DNA of 64,000 nucleotides from an uncultured Acidobacteriota bacterium (GTDB lineage: Bacteria; Acidobacteriota; Thermoanaerobaculia; Multivoradales; JAGPDF01). A program made the translations under genes and the position numbers. Within the stretch, counting starts at the first letter, position 1, and every line of letters begins with the position of its first letter. The stretch is from contig CAWDOT010000003.1 of NCBI GenBank assembly GCA_963803995.1, forward strand, positions 3,822 to 67,821, read 5' to 3'. The notes beneath the pieces are model-generated. The model ran no database searches, had not been told where the DNA came from, and worked only from the letters and a program-made list of their open reading frames with translations. Below are positions 19,174-28,418 of this stretch, piece by piece.

Positions 19174-20803
19174 TCAGTTCCAGCGGGACGTGTCGCCGAC
19201 CTCGAAGTCGTCGGAGAACAGGTGGCCCGGGGGCAGCGCGTAGATCACCATCACCGCGCCGGCGTTCGCGCCCGAGATCTCGCTGCCGATGTCCTCCTGC
19301 GGTACGCCGATCGCGAGATCGTCCCGCCCGTCGCCGTTGAAGTCGCCCGTGGCGAGGGACTTTCCGAGGACGTCCCCATCTTCCGCGACGCCCGGAACAC
19401 CCGCCGCGAACTGGCTCCAGTTCTGCCCGCTGGGGGCCGTCATGGAGGTCCCGCCGCTCAGGATCTGGACCAGGCCGTCGGCGTCGTCGGTCGCCCAGTC
19501 CTCGCCGGGGACTCCGATGGCCAGGTCCTCGCCTTCGGCCCCGTCGAAGTACCCGCTGGCCAGAGCTTCTCCGAAGTAGTCGTACGCCTCTGGAGCGGAG
19601 GAGACGCCGTCCGAGTCCTGATCCCAGAGCGAACAGGAAGTGCAGCTGACGGTCAGGGAGCAGCGGCAGACGAGCACCCAGCCCGCGTCCTGCGCGCCGG
19701 GAGGGTCCGCCCGGCGGCTGCCGATCGCCAGATCGGGCACCGAGGGGGGCGGCGCCACCACGAACCTGCCGGTCGCGAGCGATTCGCCGAAGTACGCGCC
19801 CGGGCTCGAGCCGCGGTCGAGGTAGTCCTCGGTGTTGTCGAGGCCGCCGGCCGAGCCGCGCAGGATGTGCACCGAGCCGCAGAGGGTGAGCGGATCCGTG
19901 ATCGGGTAGCACGCGGAGTCCGGAGCGCCGACCACGAGCTCGTCGTAGCCGTCCAGGTTGAAGTCCGCGGTCGCGAGCGCCCGCCCGAAGTAGGAGATGC
20001 GGTCGCTGGCCCAGCTGAACGCCAGATCCGCCGGCTCCCAGTAGTCATTCGAGAAGGTGGGCGCGACGAGGCCGGAGTCGCTGCCGTAATAGAGGAGGAC
20101 GGCTCCGGTCGCATGACTGCCGGAACCGGTCTTGTCGGAAGCACCGGGGGCGCCGACCGCGAGATCGTCCCGACCGTCGCCGTCGAAGTCGCCCGCGGCC
20201 AGCGCGAGCCCAATATTGAAGATAGCCCGTCCATTCGGCGGAGAAGAAGAAGGTCGAGAAGCTCTGGTTGCCCGACGAGCCGAGACCGGAGGCCGACCCG
20301 TAGAGGATCTGGATCTCTCCGGTCCTCTCCTCCGCGCCGTCGTCGTGGTAAGGCGCACCGATCGCGAGATCGTCGTAGCCGTCCCCGTCGAAGTCCCCGG
20401 TCGCCAGAGTCGTCGCCCACTCGTCGCCGTCCTCGGGAGAGCCCTGGAGCAGGAGATTGGCCTGGCTCCAGACCTGGGCTCGGCCGCTGGCGAGACCGTC
20501 CCGGGTCCCGTAGAGGACGGTCAGGGACCCGGCGTCGGTGCGGAAGCCGTCGGGCGGAATCGCGAAGTCCTCCCCCGGAACTCCGATCGCGAGATCCGCG
20601 AAGCCGTCGCCGTCGAAGTCGCCGGCGGCCAGGCCCGACCCGAACTTGTCGTTCTGCTCGGATTCTCCGGGCACGCCCTCGGCGCCCTGTTGCCAGAGCT
20701 GCGAATGGACGGCCGAGAGCTGCGCCGCGAGGACGCCGGGCAGGAGCGCGAAGCCGACGATGCAAAGCAGCAGCGCGGCGCGGAGAGAGCACTTCGCAGG
20801 CAT
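19174..20803 (-). CDS. Secreted FG-GAP/integrin-alpha beta-propeller protein with FxDDFExGD..W tail (frameshift near 20230)
   Basis: Signal peptide; repeated GDFDGDGxDDLAIGxP units over two frames; ends HLFSDDFEVGDTSRWN. Confidence 0.85.
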
Positions 20804-21137
20804 GGTTCGAACCTCCTCGTGTCATGGATCCACATACGGTTACGCCGAGGAATCGAGAGAGACAGGACGGCCGGCGGCGTTCGTCGCGCCCGCGGTCGGG
20901 CGCTCCGGCGTGCGCGTCGACTCCAGCTTGGAGGCCCAAGGGAAGATCGTGGCTTCGAGGCGAGGCGGGATCGGGACCGTCGATTCGAGGCCTCGGCGAG
21001 AAACGCGAGAGGCTTCGGGACTGCTGGAGGTCCAGGGGCCGCGAGCATGCCTCGACCCTCCTCGCCGGGGAGCGACTGCTCCTCTCGTACGCCTCCTCGG
21101 AGAGCCTGTCAACCTCCCGCGAGGCGGGCGGGGGCCG

Positions 21138-21761
21138 TTACCTCCCGGCGCTGGCCAGCGGCACCCGCACGCTCACCGCGCCGCGCAGGTCGCCGGCGGC
21201 GTAGCCGGTGGCGGGGTCGTCCGGGAAGCGGCGGGCGAGGATCTCGGCGACGCCGGGGGCGAGGTCGGCGGCCTGACCGTGGCAGGCGAGGCAGTGGGGC
21301 GCCACCACCACCGGTCGCAGGTAGCGCAGCTCCGCGGCGCCGCCGCCCGCCGGGGTCACGACTTCGGCGACCTCGGGAGGCAGCCCTTTCGCCTTCATCT
21401 CCGCCGCCAGCCGCTCGAGCGCGGCGCGCTCGTAGTCGTCGGGGGCGTCGGCGGGATTGCGGTAGCGCAGCGAGACGCGGCGCACGGAGAGGCCCGACTT
21501 CGCCGCCTCCTCGCGGGTCGCGCCCTGCGCCTTCTCGGCGCAGGCTTCGACCGCCGCCGCGGGGCCGCCGCGGGACATCTCCTGCTCGAGCAGCCCGCGC
21601 ACTCTCGCCATCACCGCGTCCGCCGCCTGCCGCGCCTGCGCGAGCTGCGCTTCGGGCAGGGCGCCGGGCAACGGAGCGGGAGTCTGCGGAAAGAGAATGG
21701 CGGCCCCGCCGGCGAGCGCGGCCGTGAGTCCCAACGACAGCACCCAGTCGCGACGGATCAT
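21138..21761 (-). CDS. DUF3365/Tll0287-like c-type cytochrome
   Basis: Signal or TM helix, RNPADAPDDYE, RYLRP, CLACHG, DPATGYAAGDLRGAVSV. Confidence 0.85.
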   Translation of the reverse strand: MIRRDWVLSLGLTAALAGGAAILFPQTPAPLPGALPEAQLAQARQAADAVMARVRGLLEQEMSRGGPAAAVEACAEKAQGATREEAAKSGLSVRRVSLRYRNPADAPDDYERAALERLAAEMKAKGLPPEVAEVVTPAGGGAAELRYLRPVVVAPHCLACHGQAADLAPGVAEILARRFPDDPATGYAAGDLRGAVSVRVPLASAGR

Positions 21762-21783
21762 CGCTGCCTCCTCGGCGGGACGT

Positions 21784-22071
21784 TCAGGGCTCGTCGTAGT
21801 CGATCCTGCAGCCGCAGCCGTCCCACATGCGGTCGTAGGTTCCCAGCCGGCGGTCGACGAACGCGTCGGCCGCCGCACGGTCGTCGAATCGGCGGAGCAG
21901 AAGGCGGCCGTCCGGCGCCTGCTCCTGCACCCAGTGCTCGCCGTCGAAGACGAGCAGGCGGATCGGACCGGCGAGCGTGGTGTCCTCTTCGCGGAGCACA
22001 CCCGCGCGCAGCAGGATCGCTTCCCAGGTGGGGACGTCGATCTCGCGCGGGGATACGGCAGTCGCGGTCAC
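21784..22071 (-). CDS. Hypothetical protein (~95 aa) with C-terminal WDGCGC
   Basis: Protein-like C-terminal part of ORF 21784..22203; GTG start (22071 or 22077) near GAGGG; lies between two co-oriented genes. Confidence 0.65.
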   Translation of the reverse strand: MTATAVSPREIDVPTWEAILLRAGVLREEDTTLAGPIRLLVFDGEHWVQEQAPDGRLLLRRFDDRAAADAFVDRRLGTYDRMWDGCGCRIDYDEP

Positions 22072-22108
22072 GCTCACCCTCTTCGAGTCCCGGAGATCCC
22101 GGGCGCGC

Positions 22109-22654
22109 TCAACCCTCGGCGGGGGCGTGCTTGCAGCAGCCGCAGCCCTTGCCCTGGCCGCCCTGCGCCTGCGCGCCGTGGCGGTGGCCCTTGCCCTGGC
22201 CACCCTTCATCGCGCAGCCGGCGCCGCCAGTCATCGCCCAGCGCGGCGCGCCCTCGGCGTCGCGCAGCTCGTAGGTCGCCTCGCCCTTCTTCACGGTGCG
22301 GGCGAGGAAGTCGGCGGGCGCGTCGTTCTTCGGCTTCGAGCCGGTCACCGCGATCTCGTCGCCGGTCGAGAAGCCGGCGCCGATCTCCGCGAGGTAGGCG
22401 CCCGGCCCGAGGCCGACCTCGACGTCGCCGGTGGCGGTGGTCAGGCGGACGTGGATGCCGGCCCTCGGGCAGGACTGCGGCAGGACCTCGGCGACCTTGC
22501 CGGTGAGCGTCGTCTCGGCGGCGAGGTCGTAGACCGGCGGGCCGCCGCCCTGGTGGTCGTGCCCGGTTTTCGCGGCCGGAGCGTCCTGGGCGAGAAGCGG
22601 TGCGGCGACGATGGCGAGCGCGGCGAGCGCGAGCGACGGAATGCGGAGCTTCAT
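22109..22654 (-). CDS. Exported OB-fold-like protein (MamS/MamX-like by recall) with His/Cys-rich ends
   Basis: Signal peptide; YD...TLTGKV, LGPGAYL, GDEIAVTGS, LRDAEGAPRW; ends CGCCKH; GAGGAG RBS. Confidence 0.7.
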   Translation of the reverse strand: MKLRIPSLALAALAIVAAPLLAQDAPAAKTGHDHQGGGPPVYDLAAETTLTGKVAEVLPQSCPRAGIHVRLTTATGDVEVGLGPGAYLAEIGAGFSTGDEIAVTGSKPKNDAPADFLARTVKKGEATYELRDAEGAPRWAMTGGAGCAMKGGQGKGHRHGAQAQGGQGKGCGCCKHAPAEG

Positions 22655-22675
22655 CGGGGTATCTCCTCGGTACTG

Positions 22676-22704
22676 AAGAGGCGCGCGGCGGCCGCGCGGT
22701 TCCC
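22676..22704 (-). promoter_or_regulatory. Candidate ECF promoter (GGGAACC-N16-CCTCT)
   Basis: Minus strand GGGAACC GCGCGGCCGCCGCGCG CCTCTT, just upstream of the RBS of 22654; matches the trxA element. Confidence 0.6.
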
Positions 22705-22783
22705 GGCGCGCCGCACGCTTCCTGTTCGCCCGTCAGTTTCGCTCGCTCCACCGCTCCGCCGCCCACCCCTCGGGGCGGTCCGC

Positions 22784-23215
22784 TCAGGCCGCGAGGGGAT
22801 CGAGCAGCCGCAGGCCCTCGAAGCGGCGGAAATCGAGGTCGTGGGTGGCGAGCGTCGCTCCGTGCTCGAGCGCCAGTGCGGCCAACAACGCGTCCGGAAC
22901 CAGCGGGCCGCGGGCGTTCGAATCCTCCAGCAGGGGGCGCGCGATGTCCCAGTAGCGAGGGCCCGGCTCGAGCAGGACCACCATGGGACGCGCGAGCCAG
23001 GCGTCGACGGCGCGGGTCGCCTCGCCGAGAGTGAGCGGCGCGGGGAAGACCGCGCGGTTCGTCGTCAGGCGCAGGAAGGCTCCGATCGTCGCCCAGCAGA
23101 GAGCGAATGGCTGCGGCGAGCTCAGGCTCTTCTCGAGCCAGGTCCGCGCCCGGTCGTGCTCCGGCGCGCTCGAGTTGTACGCGTAGAGCAGCAGGTTGGC
23201 GTCGCAGAGGATCAT
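22784..23215 (-). CDS. vapC: VapC PIN-domain toxin
   Basis: MILCDANLLLYA, FLRLTTN, VPDALLAALALEHG, THDLDFRRF. Confidence 0.9.
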   Translation of the reverse strand: MILCDANLLLYAYNSSAPEHDRARTWLEKSLSSPQPFALCWATIGAFLRLTTNRAVFPAPLTLGEATRAVDAWLARPMVVLLEPGPRYWDIARPLLEDSNARGPLVPDALLAALALEHGATLATHDLDFRRFEGLRLLDPLAA

Positions 23216-23457
23216 CGGTGTCCGGGGCCCTCGGCCACCTCGAGCAGCTCCGCGACGTTGCTGTAGTCGAGGCCGGGCGCGACGCCCAGAGGACGCGCCT
23301 CGACGGTGAACGGCGGCGCGCCGGCGACCGCCCGCCGCCGCGCGAGCCCCTCGCGCAACGCCTCGTTGAGCGTCGCCTTGAAGCTCTTGCCGGTGCGCTG
23401 CATCTCGCGCCGGAGCCGCTCCGCGACCTCCGGGTCCAGAGTCACGGTCGTGCGCAT
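23212..23457 (-). CDS. vapB: VapB-type (RHH) antitoxin
   Basis: MRTTVTLD...SFKATLNEALREGL; stop overlaps the vapC start. Confidence 0.85.
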   Translation of the reverse strand: MRTTVTLDPEVAERLRREMQRTGKSFKATLNEALREGLARRRAVAGAPPFTVEARPLGVAPGLDYSNVAELLEVAEGPGHR

Positions 23458-23493
23458 CGTCATGATGCTAGGAACAACGCATCATGATGTCAA
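23457..23493 (-). promoter_or_regulatory. Sigma70 promoter with two overlapping palindromic operators for vapBC-1
   Basis: TTGACA (23488-23493), 17-nt spacer, TAGCAT (23465-23470), ATG 7 nt later; GCATCATGATGC-like boxes at 23457-23468 (10/12) and 23479-23490 (11/12). Confidence 0.75.
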
Positions 23494-23521
23494 TCGGCAC
23501 GCCGCCGGCTCCGCGGGGCTC

Positions 23522-24091
23522 TCACCCGGCCGCGTCGTAAGCGACGCGCACCCAGGCGACGAGCTCGGCGTCGACCTCGGCGGGAGTCGAGATCCGGACC
23601 TTGTACTGGCACATGCCGCCGGGCGGCAGCGCGACCAGGCGTTCGCCGGCGGCGAGGCCTTTCGCGTTGATTCCGATCTCGACCTGGGTCTTCGTCGCGG
23701 GACCCACCATCGCGAACTGCTTCTTGCGGCGCAGGCTGAGGTAGCCCTTCTTGGGCGCGATCTCGAAGGGCCCGAGCTTCGCGATCGCCGCCATCACCGC
23801 GTCGTGCGCCGGGCGCAGCGCCGCCTTCGGCCCGGCGTAGATCTCGTCGACGGCGGCGTCCGGGCTCGCCGCCGGCGCGGCCGACGCTCCGGTCGAGCGC
23901 AGATAGAGCGTGACCAGCGTGTTGGCGTCGCCGTGGCCGAGCCCGAGCCCGCTCTTGGCCGCGTCGCGCAGCTCGCCGTGCTTCGCGAGCCCGCGCGACG
24001 CGAGCCAGGCGTGGAGCTCTTCGAGCGACTTGCCGGTCTTCTTCTGGATGTTCGCGAGCTGGGTCTGGATCGCCTGGTCGACGTCGGTCAT
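23522..24091 (-). CDS. DUF4287 + DUF5655 domain protein
   Basis: NIQKKTGKSLEE, KHGE, GLGHGDAN; APKKGYLSLRRKKQFA, EVDAELVAWVRVAYDAA. Confidence 0.8.
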   Translation of the reverse strand: MTDVDQAIQTQLANIQKKTGKSLEELHAWLASRGLAKHGELRDAAKSGLGLGHGDANTLVTLYLRSTGASAAPAASPDAAVDEIYAGPKAALRPAHDAVMAAIAKLGPFEIAPKKGYLSLRRKKQFAMVGPATKTQVEIGINAKGLAAGERLVALPPGGMCQYKVRISTPAEVDAELVAWVRVAYDAAG

Positions 24092-24132
24092 CGGTGCCGC
24101 TCCTCTCGCGGGCGTCGGTGGTGCCCGCGATC

Positions 24133-27100
24133 CTACTGCCGGGGCGCTCCGAACCGTGCGTAGACGGCGGGCAGGACGAGCAGAGTGAACAGCGTCGACG
24201 TGACCAGCCCGCCGACCAGAACCACCGCGAGCGGGCGCTCGAGCTCCGAGCCGCCGAAACCCAGCAGCATCGGCAGGAGGCCGAGGATCGCGGCGCCGGC
24301 GGTCATCAGTTTGGGCCGCACCCGGCCGATGGCGGCCTCGCGCAGCGCCGAGATGAACGGCGCGCCCCGTGCCACCAGCTCCCGGGTCTGGGTGATCAGC
24401 ACGAGACTGTTCTGCACCGCGACGCCGAACAGTCCGATGACGCCGACGATCGAGCTCGCGTTCCAGCTCTCGCGCGCCAGCCAGAGCGCGACCAGGCCGC
24501 CCGCCAGCGCGATCGGCAGGGTGCCGAGCACGACGGCGACCTCGCGCCAGCGTCCGAGCGCCAGGTAGAGCAGCGCGACGACCAGCGCCAGGGCGACCGC
24601 GGAGGCGACGCCCAGCCGGCGCTCGGTCTCGCGCGCCTCCTCGACCTTGCCCGCGAGGCCGACGCTCACCCCCGCCGGCAGCTCGAAACCCGCCAATGCC
24701 GCCTCGATGCGCCGGGCGGTTCCCCCGAGATCCCCCGCGGTGCGCACGTTGAAGCCGAGGCGGCGCTGCCCGTTCTTGCGCTTCAGCATCGACGGGGTCG
24801 GCGCCTCGACGATCGACGCGACCTGACCGAGCTCGACGATGCGCCCCTCCTCGACGACGATCGGCAGGCGCTTCAGGCTCTCGGCGGTGAGGCGCCCGTC
24901 GGCGGGGAAGCGCACCACCCGTTCGATCTTCTGCGGCCCGTCGAACGTCGGCGCGAGGGGGATCCCCTGGAGCGCGGCGCTCGCCGTCTCGAGCAGCGCC
25001 CGGCGCGGCACGTCGAGCCGCCGCAGCGCCGCCTCGTCGGGCACGATCCGCCAGGACGACAGCGGGGCCCCGGTGTCCACGGCGACGCTCGCGACTCCCG
25101 GCACTCCGGCGAGCAGACGCTGGATCTCGGCCTGCCGGGCAGTGACCGCGGCCAGGTCCGCCGCGAACAGCTCGACCTGGATGTCGGCGGGCGTGCCGCC
25201 GATCCCCTCGGAGATGCGCATGTTCATCGGGGTCGTGATCTCGACCGCGAACGGCATCCGCTCGGCGATCGCCGCGACCTCGTCCTCGACGGCCGCCGCG
25301 GCGGCGCCGTCCTCGAGCACGACCAGCACGTCCGAGAGATAGGTCGGCATCGGATCCTCGGTCACTTCGCCCCGGCCGGTGCGGCGGTAGACCGAGGCGA
25401 TCCCCGCGACGCCGCCGAGCGCTTCCTCGAATTGCCGGTTGGCGGCGTCGATGGCCGCCAGACTCGAGTCGGAGGGCAGCACCGTCTGCACCATCAGCGC
25501 GCCCTCGTCGAGCGCCGGCAGGAAATCCGAGTCGAGGCGCGTGCCGAGCCAGAGCGCCGCCGCCGAGAGGCCGAGCGCGAGGACCTGGACCAGCGCGCCG
25601 CGGCGCAGCGCGAAGTCGAGCGCGGGCCGGTAGAGGCGCTTGATCGCGCCGACCAGGCGGGGCTCGTCGAGCCGGGCGCCCGGCGGCAGGAAGCGGTCGA
25701 CCAGGGCCGGCACCAGAGTGAAGGAGAAGACCAGCGACAGGGCCATGGCCGCCGCCACCGCCACCGCGAGCGGCGCGTAGAGCTTGCCTGCGACCCCGCC
25801 CAGCGCGAGCAGCGGGACGAACACGGCGAGGATCACCAGCACGGCGGTGGCGATCGGCGCCGCGACCTCGGCCGCGCCGCGCGCGATCACCCGCGCGCGC
25901 GACGCCTCGGCGCGGCGCGGCTCGCCACCAGCGCCGGCCGCGGCGCGGTGCTCGTGGAGGCGGTGCGCCAGGTTCTCGACCATGATCACGCCGGCGTCGA
26001 CCAGCAGGCCGACGGCGATGGCGAGTCCGCCGAGGGTCATCGCATTGAGCCCGAGGTCGAGCCCAGCGAGGGGGATCGCCGCGCCGAGCGTGGCGAGCGG
26101 CAGCAGGGCGATCACGATCGCGGCCCCGCGCACGCTGCCGAGCAACAGGACGAGGACGAGGGCGACGAACAGCGCGCCGATCATCAGCGCGTTGCCGACG
26201 CCGCCGAGCGCATGCTCGACCAGGCTCCCCTGGTCGTAGAAGAGCGTGAGCGACATCCCCTCGGGCAGCGTCCGCCGGAGCTCGGGCAGCGCCGCGCGCA
26301 CGCGGCGGGCGGTCGCCAGGGTCTCCGCCGCCGGCTGCCGGATCACGCGCAAGGAGACCGCCTCGAAGCCCTGGAAGCGCGCGAGCCCGGTGCGGAACTC
26401 GGGCACCTCGCGCACTTCGGCGACGTCGCCCAGCGCGACCAGCCCGTGGGCGGTGTGCACCGGCAGCGCCGCGATCGCCTCGGGGCGCCGCGCGAGCGAC
26501 GCGACGGTTACGTTCCACTGCTTGTCCCGAACCTCGAGCACGCCGGCCGAGACATCCTGCGCGCTCCCCTCGAGCGCCTCGACCACCTGGCCGAGCGAGA
26601 CCCCGGCGGTCCGCATCTTCTCGGGCGAGACCGAGATCTGGATCTGGCGCCCCTCGCCGCCCAGCATCTCGACCCGCGCGACCCCGGGCACCGACTGCAG
26701 CCGGGGCACGAGCACCCGGACGGCATGGTCGCGCAGCCGCATCGGATCGACCGCGGGGCCGTCGAGCACCAGCTCCTGGATCTCCTGGAGTCGGCCGGCG
26801 ACCGAGGTCAGGAGCGGCGCCGCGGTGCCCTCGGGGAACGCCCCCGCCACCTGGGCGAGCCGCTCGGCCACCAGCTGGCGCGAGCGCCAGGGATCGACTT
26901 CCGATTCGAAGGCGACGATGACCTGCACCACCCCGGACTGCGTCGTCGACGTGGTGCGGTGGACGCCCGGGAGGCCGGCGAGCGCCTGCTCGACCGGCTG
27001 CGCCACCGCGAGCTCGAGCTCGGCCGCGCTGCGGCCCGGGCTCTGGATCAGGAGCTGGACGGTCGGCAGCGCGAGGTCGGGGAAGAGGTCGCGCGGCAGG

Positions 27101-27255
27101 GTCGAGAACGTCCAGGCCCCGAACAGCGCCCAGGCCGTCGCCAGCGAGAAGATCAGTCCGCGCCGCGCGAGGACCCCCTCGAACCAGCGCCGCGCCCGCA
27201 GGTGAGTCGCCGAGTCGTGCCGATCGGGTGGCTGCGGCGCGCCGTCAGTGGTCAT
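24133..27255 (-). CDS. Heavy-metal RND efflux permease (CzcA/CusA family)
   Basis: 1040 aa; DLFPDL, MTLGGLAIAVGLLVDAGVIMVEN, FLPALDEG, RVRPKLMT, RPLAVVLVGGL. Confidence 0.93.
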   Translation of the reverse strand: MTTDGAPQPPDRHDSATHLRARRWFEGVLARRGLIFSLATAWALFGAWTFSTLPRDLFPDLALPTVQLLIQSPGRSAAELELAVAQPVEQALAGLPGVHRTTSTTQSGVVQVIVAFESEVDPWRSRQLVAERLAQVAGAFPEGTAAPLLTSVAGRLQEIQELVLDGPAVDPMRLRDHAVRVLVPRLQSVPGVARVEMLGGEGRQIQISVSPEKMRTAGVSLGQVVEALEGSAQDVSAGVLEVRDKQWNVTVASLARRPEAIAALPVHTAHGLVALGDVAEVREVPEFRTGLARFQGFEAVSLRVIRQPAAETLATARRVRAALPELRRTLPEGMSLTLFYDQGSLVEHALGGVGNALMIGALFVALVLVLLLGSVRGAAIVIALLPLATLGAAIPLAGLDLGLNAMTLGGLAIAVGLLVDAGVIMVENLAHRLHEHRAAAGAGGEPRRAEASRARVIARGAAEVAAPIATAVLVILAVFVPLLALGGVAGKLYAPLAVAVAAAMALSLVFSFTLVPALVDRFLPPGARLDEPRLVGAIKRLYRPALDFALRRGALVQVLALGLSAAALWLGTRLDSDFLPALDEGALMVQTVLPSDSSLAAIDAANRQFEEALGGVAGIASVYRRTGRGEVTEDPMPTYLSDVLVVLEDGAAAAAVEDEVAAIAERMPFAVEITTPMNMRISEGIGGTPADIQVELFAADLAAVTARQAEIQRLLAGVPGVASVAVDTGAPLSSWRIVPDEAALRRLDVPRRALLETASAALQGIPLAPTFDGPQKIERVVRFPADGRLTAESLKRLPIVVEEGRIVELGQVASIVEAPTPSMLKRKNGQRRLGFNVRTAGDLGGTARRIEAALAGFELPAGVSVGLAGKVEEARETERRLGVASAVALALVVALLYLALGRWREVAVVLGTLPIALAGGLVALWLARESWNASSIVGVIGLFGVAVQNSLVLITQTRELVARGAPFISALREAAIGRVRPKLMTAGAAILGLLPMLLGFGGSELERPLAVVLVGGLVTSTLFTLLVLPAVYARFGAPRQ

Positions 27256-28418
27256 GGCCTTCGCCTCCTCCGGCGCGCTTCAGCCAGAGCGCCTTGAGCA
27301 GGTAGGCGCCCTCGGTCGCCACGATCTCGCCCGGCGCGACGCCGTCGAGCACCATCACGTCGCCGCCGAGCTCGGGTCCCTTGCGCACGGGACGCAGCTC
27401 GGCGTCGCTCCCCCGCGCGCACGAAGACGCCCCAGACGCCCTCGATCTGCTGCAGGGCTTCCTGCGGCAGGACGACCGCGCGCGCCAGCGGCACGCGCGC
27501 CTCGAGCGGCGTGCCCGCGAGCGGCAGATCTCCCTCGGCGCCGCCGACGAGGCGCAGCAGATAGCCCAAGCGCCGCGTCGTCGGCGAGAGCGCCGGCGGA
27601 GTTCCTTCGACGATCGCGCTCCAGACGCGCCCGTCACTGCGCCGGACCTCGGTCGTCGCACCGGCGCGCCACGCCTGGGGTCCCGGCAGCGGGAGCTCGA
27701 CCTGCACGCGGGCCGCGCCGGACGCGACGATCGTGGCCAGCCGCGCGCCCGCGGCGACGGTCTCGCCGACCGCGGCCTCGTACGTCGCGAGCGTGCCCGC
27801 GCGCGGCGCGCGCAGGACCAGGCGCGCGCCGACACTTGCCGGGTCGAGCCCGCGGCCGGCGAGGGCCAGCCGGGCGGCCTCCCGATCGGCGGCCGCGACC
27901 GCGGCCTCCGCCTCGGCGGCTTCGACGTCGCGTCGGGCGGTGGCGCCCGCCGCGAGCAGCCGGCGCTCGCGTTCCAGATCGCGCGCCGCGCGCGCACTGC
28001 GCGCGTCGGCCGAGATCCAGGCCGCGCCGAGGTCGGCGAGCTCGGCGCTCTCGATCTCGAGGACCGCGGCGCCGGCGGCGACGGGCGTGCCCGGCGTGGC
28101 GAGCAGCGCGACCAGACGCCCCGCCACCGGCGTCGAGACCACGGTCAGCGCGCCCGGATCGGCGATCGCCTCGGCCGCGAACCAGGCGCCCTCCTCCCGT
28201 GGTTCGCCGACCGGCGCGAAGGTCACGCCGCGCACGCCGGCGAGGTCGAGCGCGGCGCCGCCCGCTTCCTCGTGCCCCTCCGCCCCGCCCGCGGGTCCGG
28301 CGTCCTCCTCATGGTGTGCGTCGTGCGACGCGGCGTCGGGCTCCGTCGAACAGGCGGCGAGCGCGAGCAGGGCGAGAGCGAGCGGCGGCGTGGACGACCG
28401 GCGGACGACGAGTCTCAT
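27245..28418 (-). CDS. RND periplasmic adaptor lipoprotein (frameshift near 27410)
   Basis: Lipobox LAAC, His-rich N-terminus, biotinyl-like halves; C-terminus EGAYLLKA...GHDH in the other frame. Confidence 0.85.

Noticed and set aside
19174-20803. Repeats as a CRISPR array
   Set aside because: They are degenerate coding FG-GAP repeats, with no identical repeats, spacers or cas genes.
20804-21137. 330-bp intergenic region as an ncRNA or mobile element
   Set aside because: No recognisable RNA motif, terminal repeats or convincing ORF.
22109-22654. Magnetosome island
   Set aside because: Only one MamS/MamX-like domain (by recall), and no other mam or mms genes.
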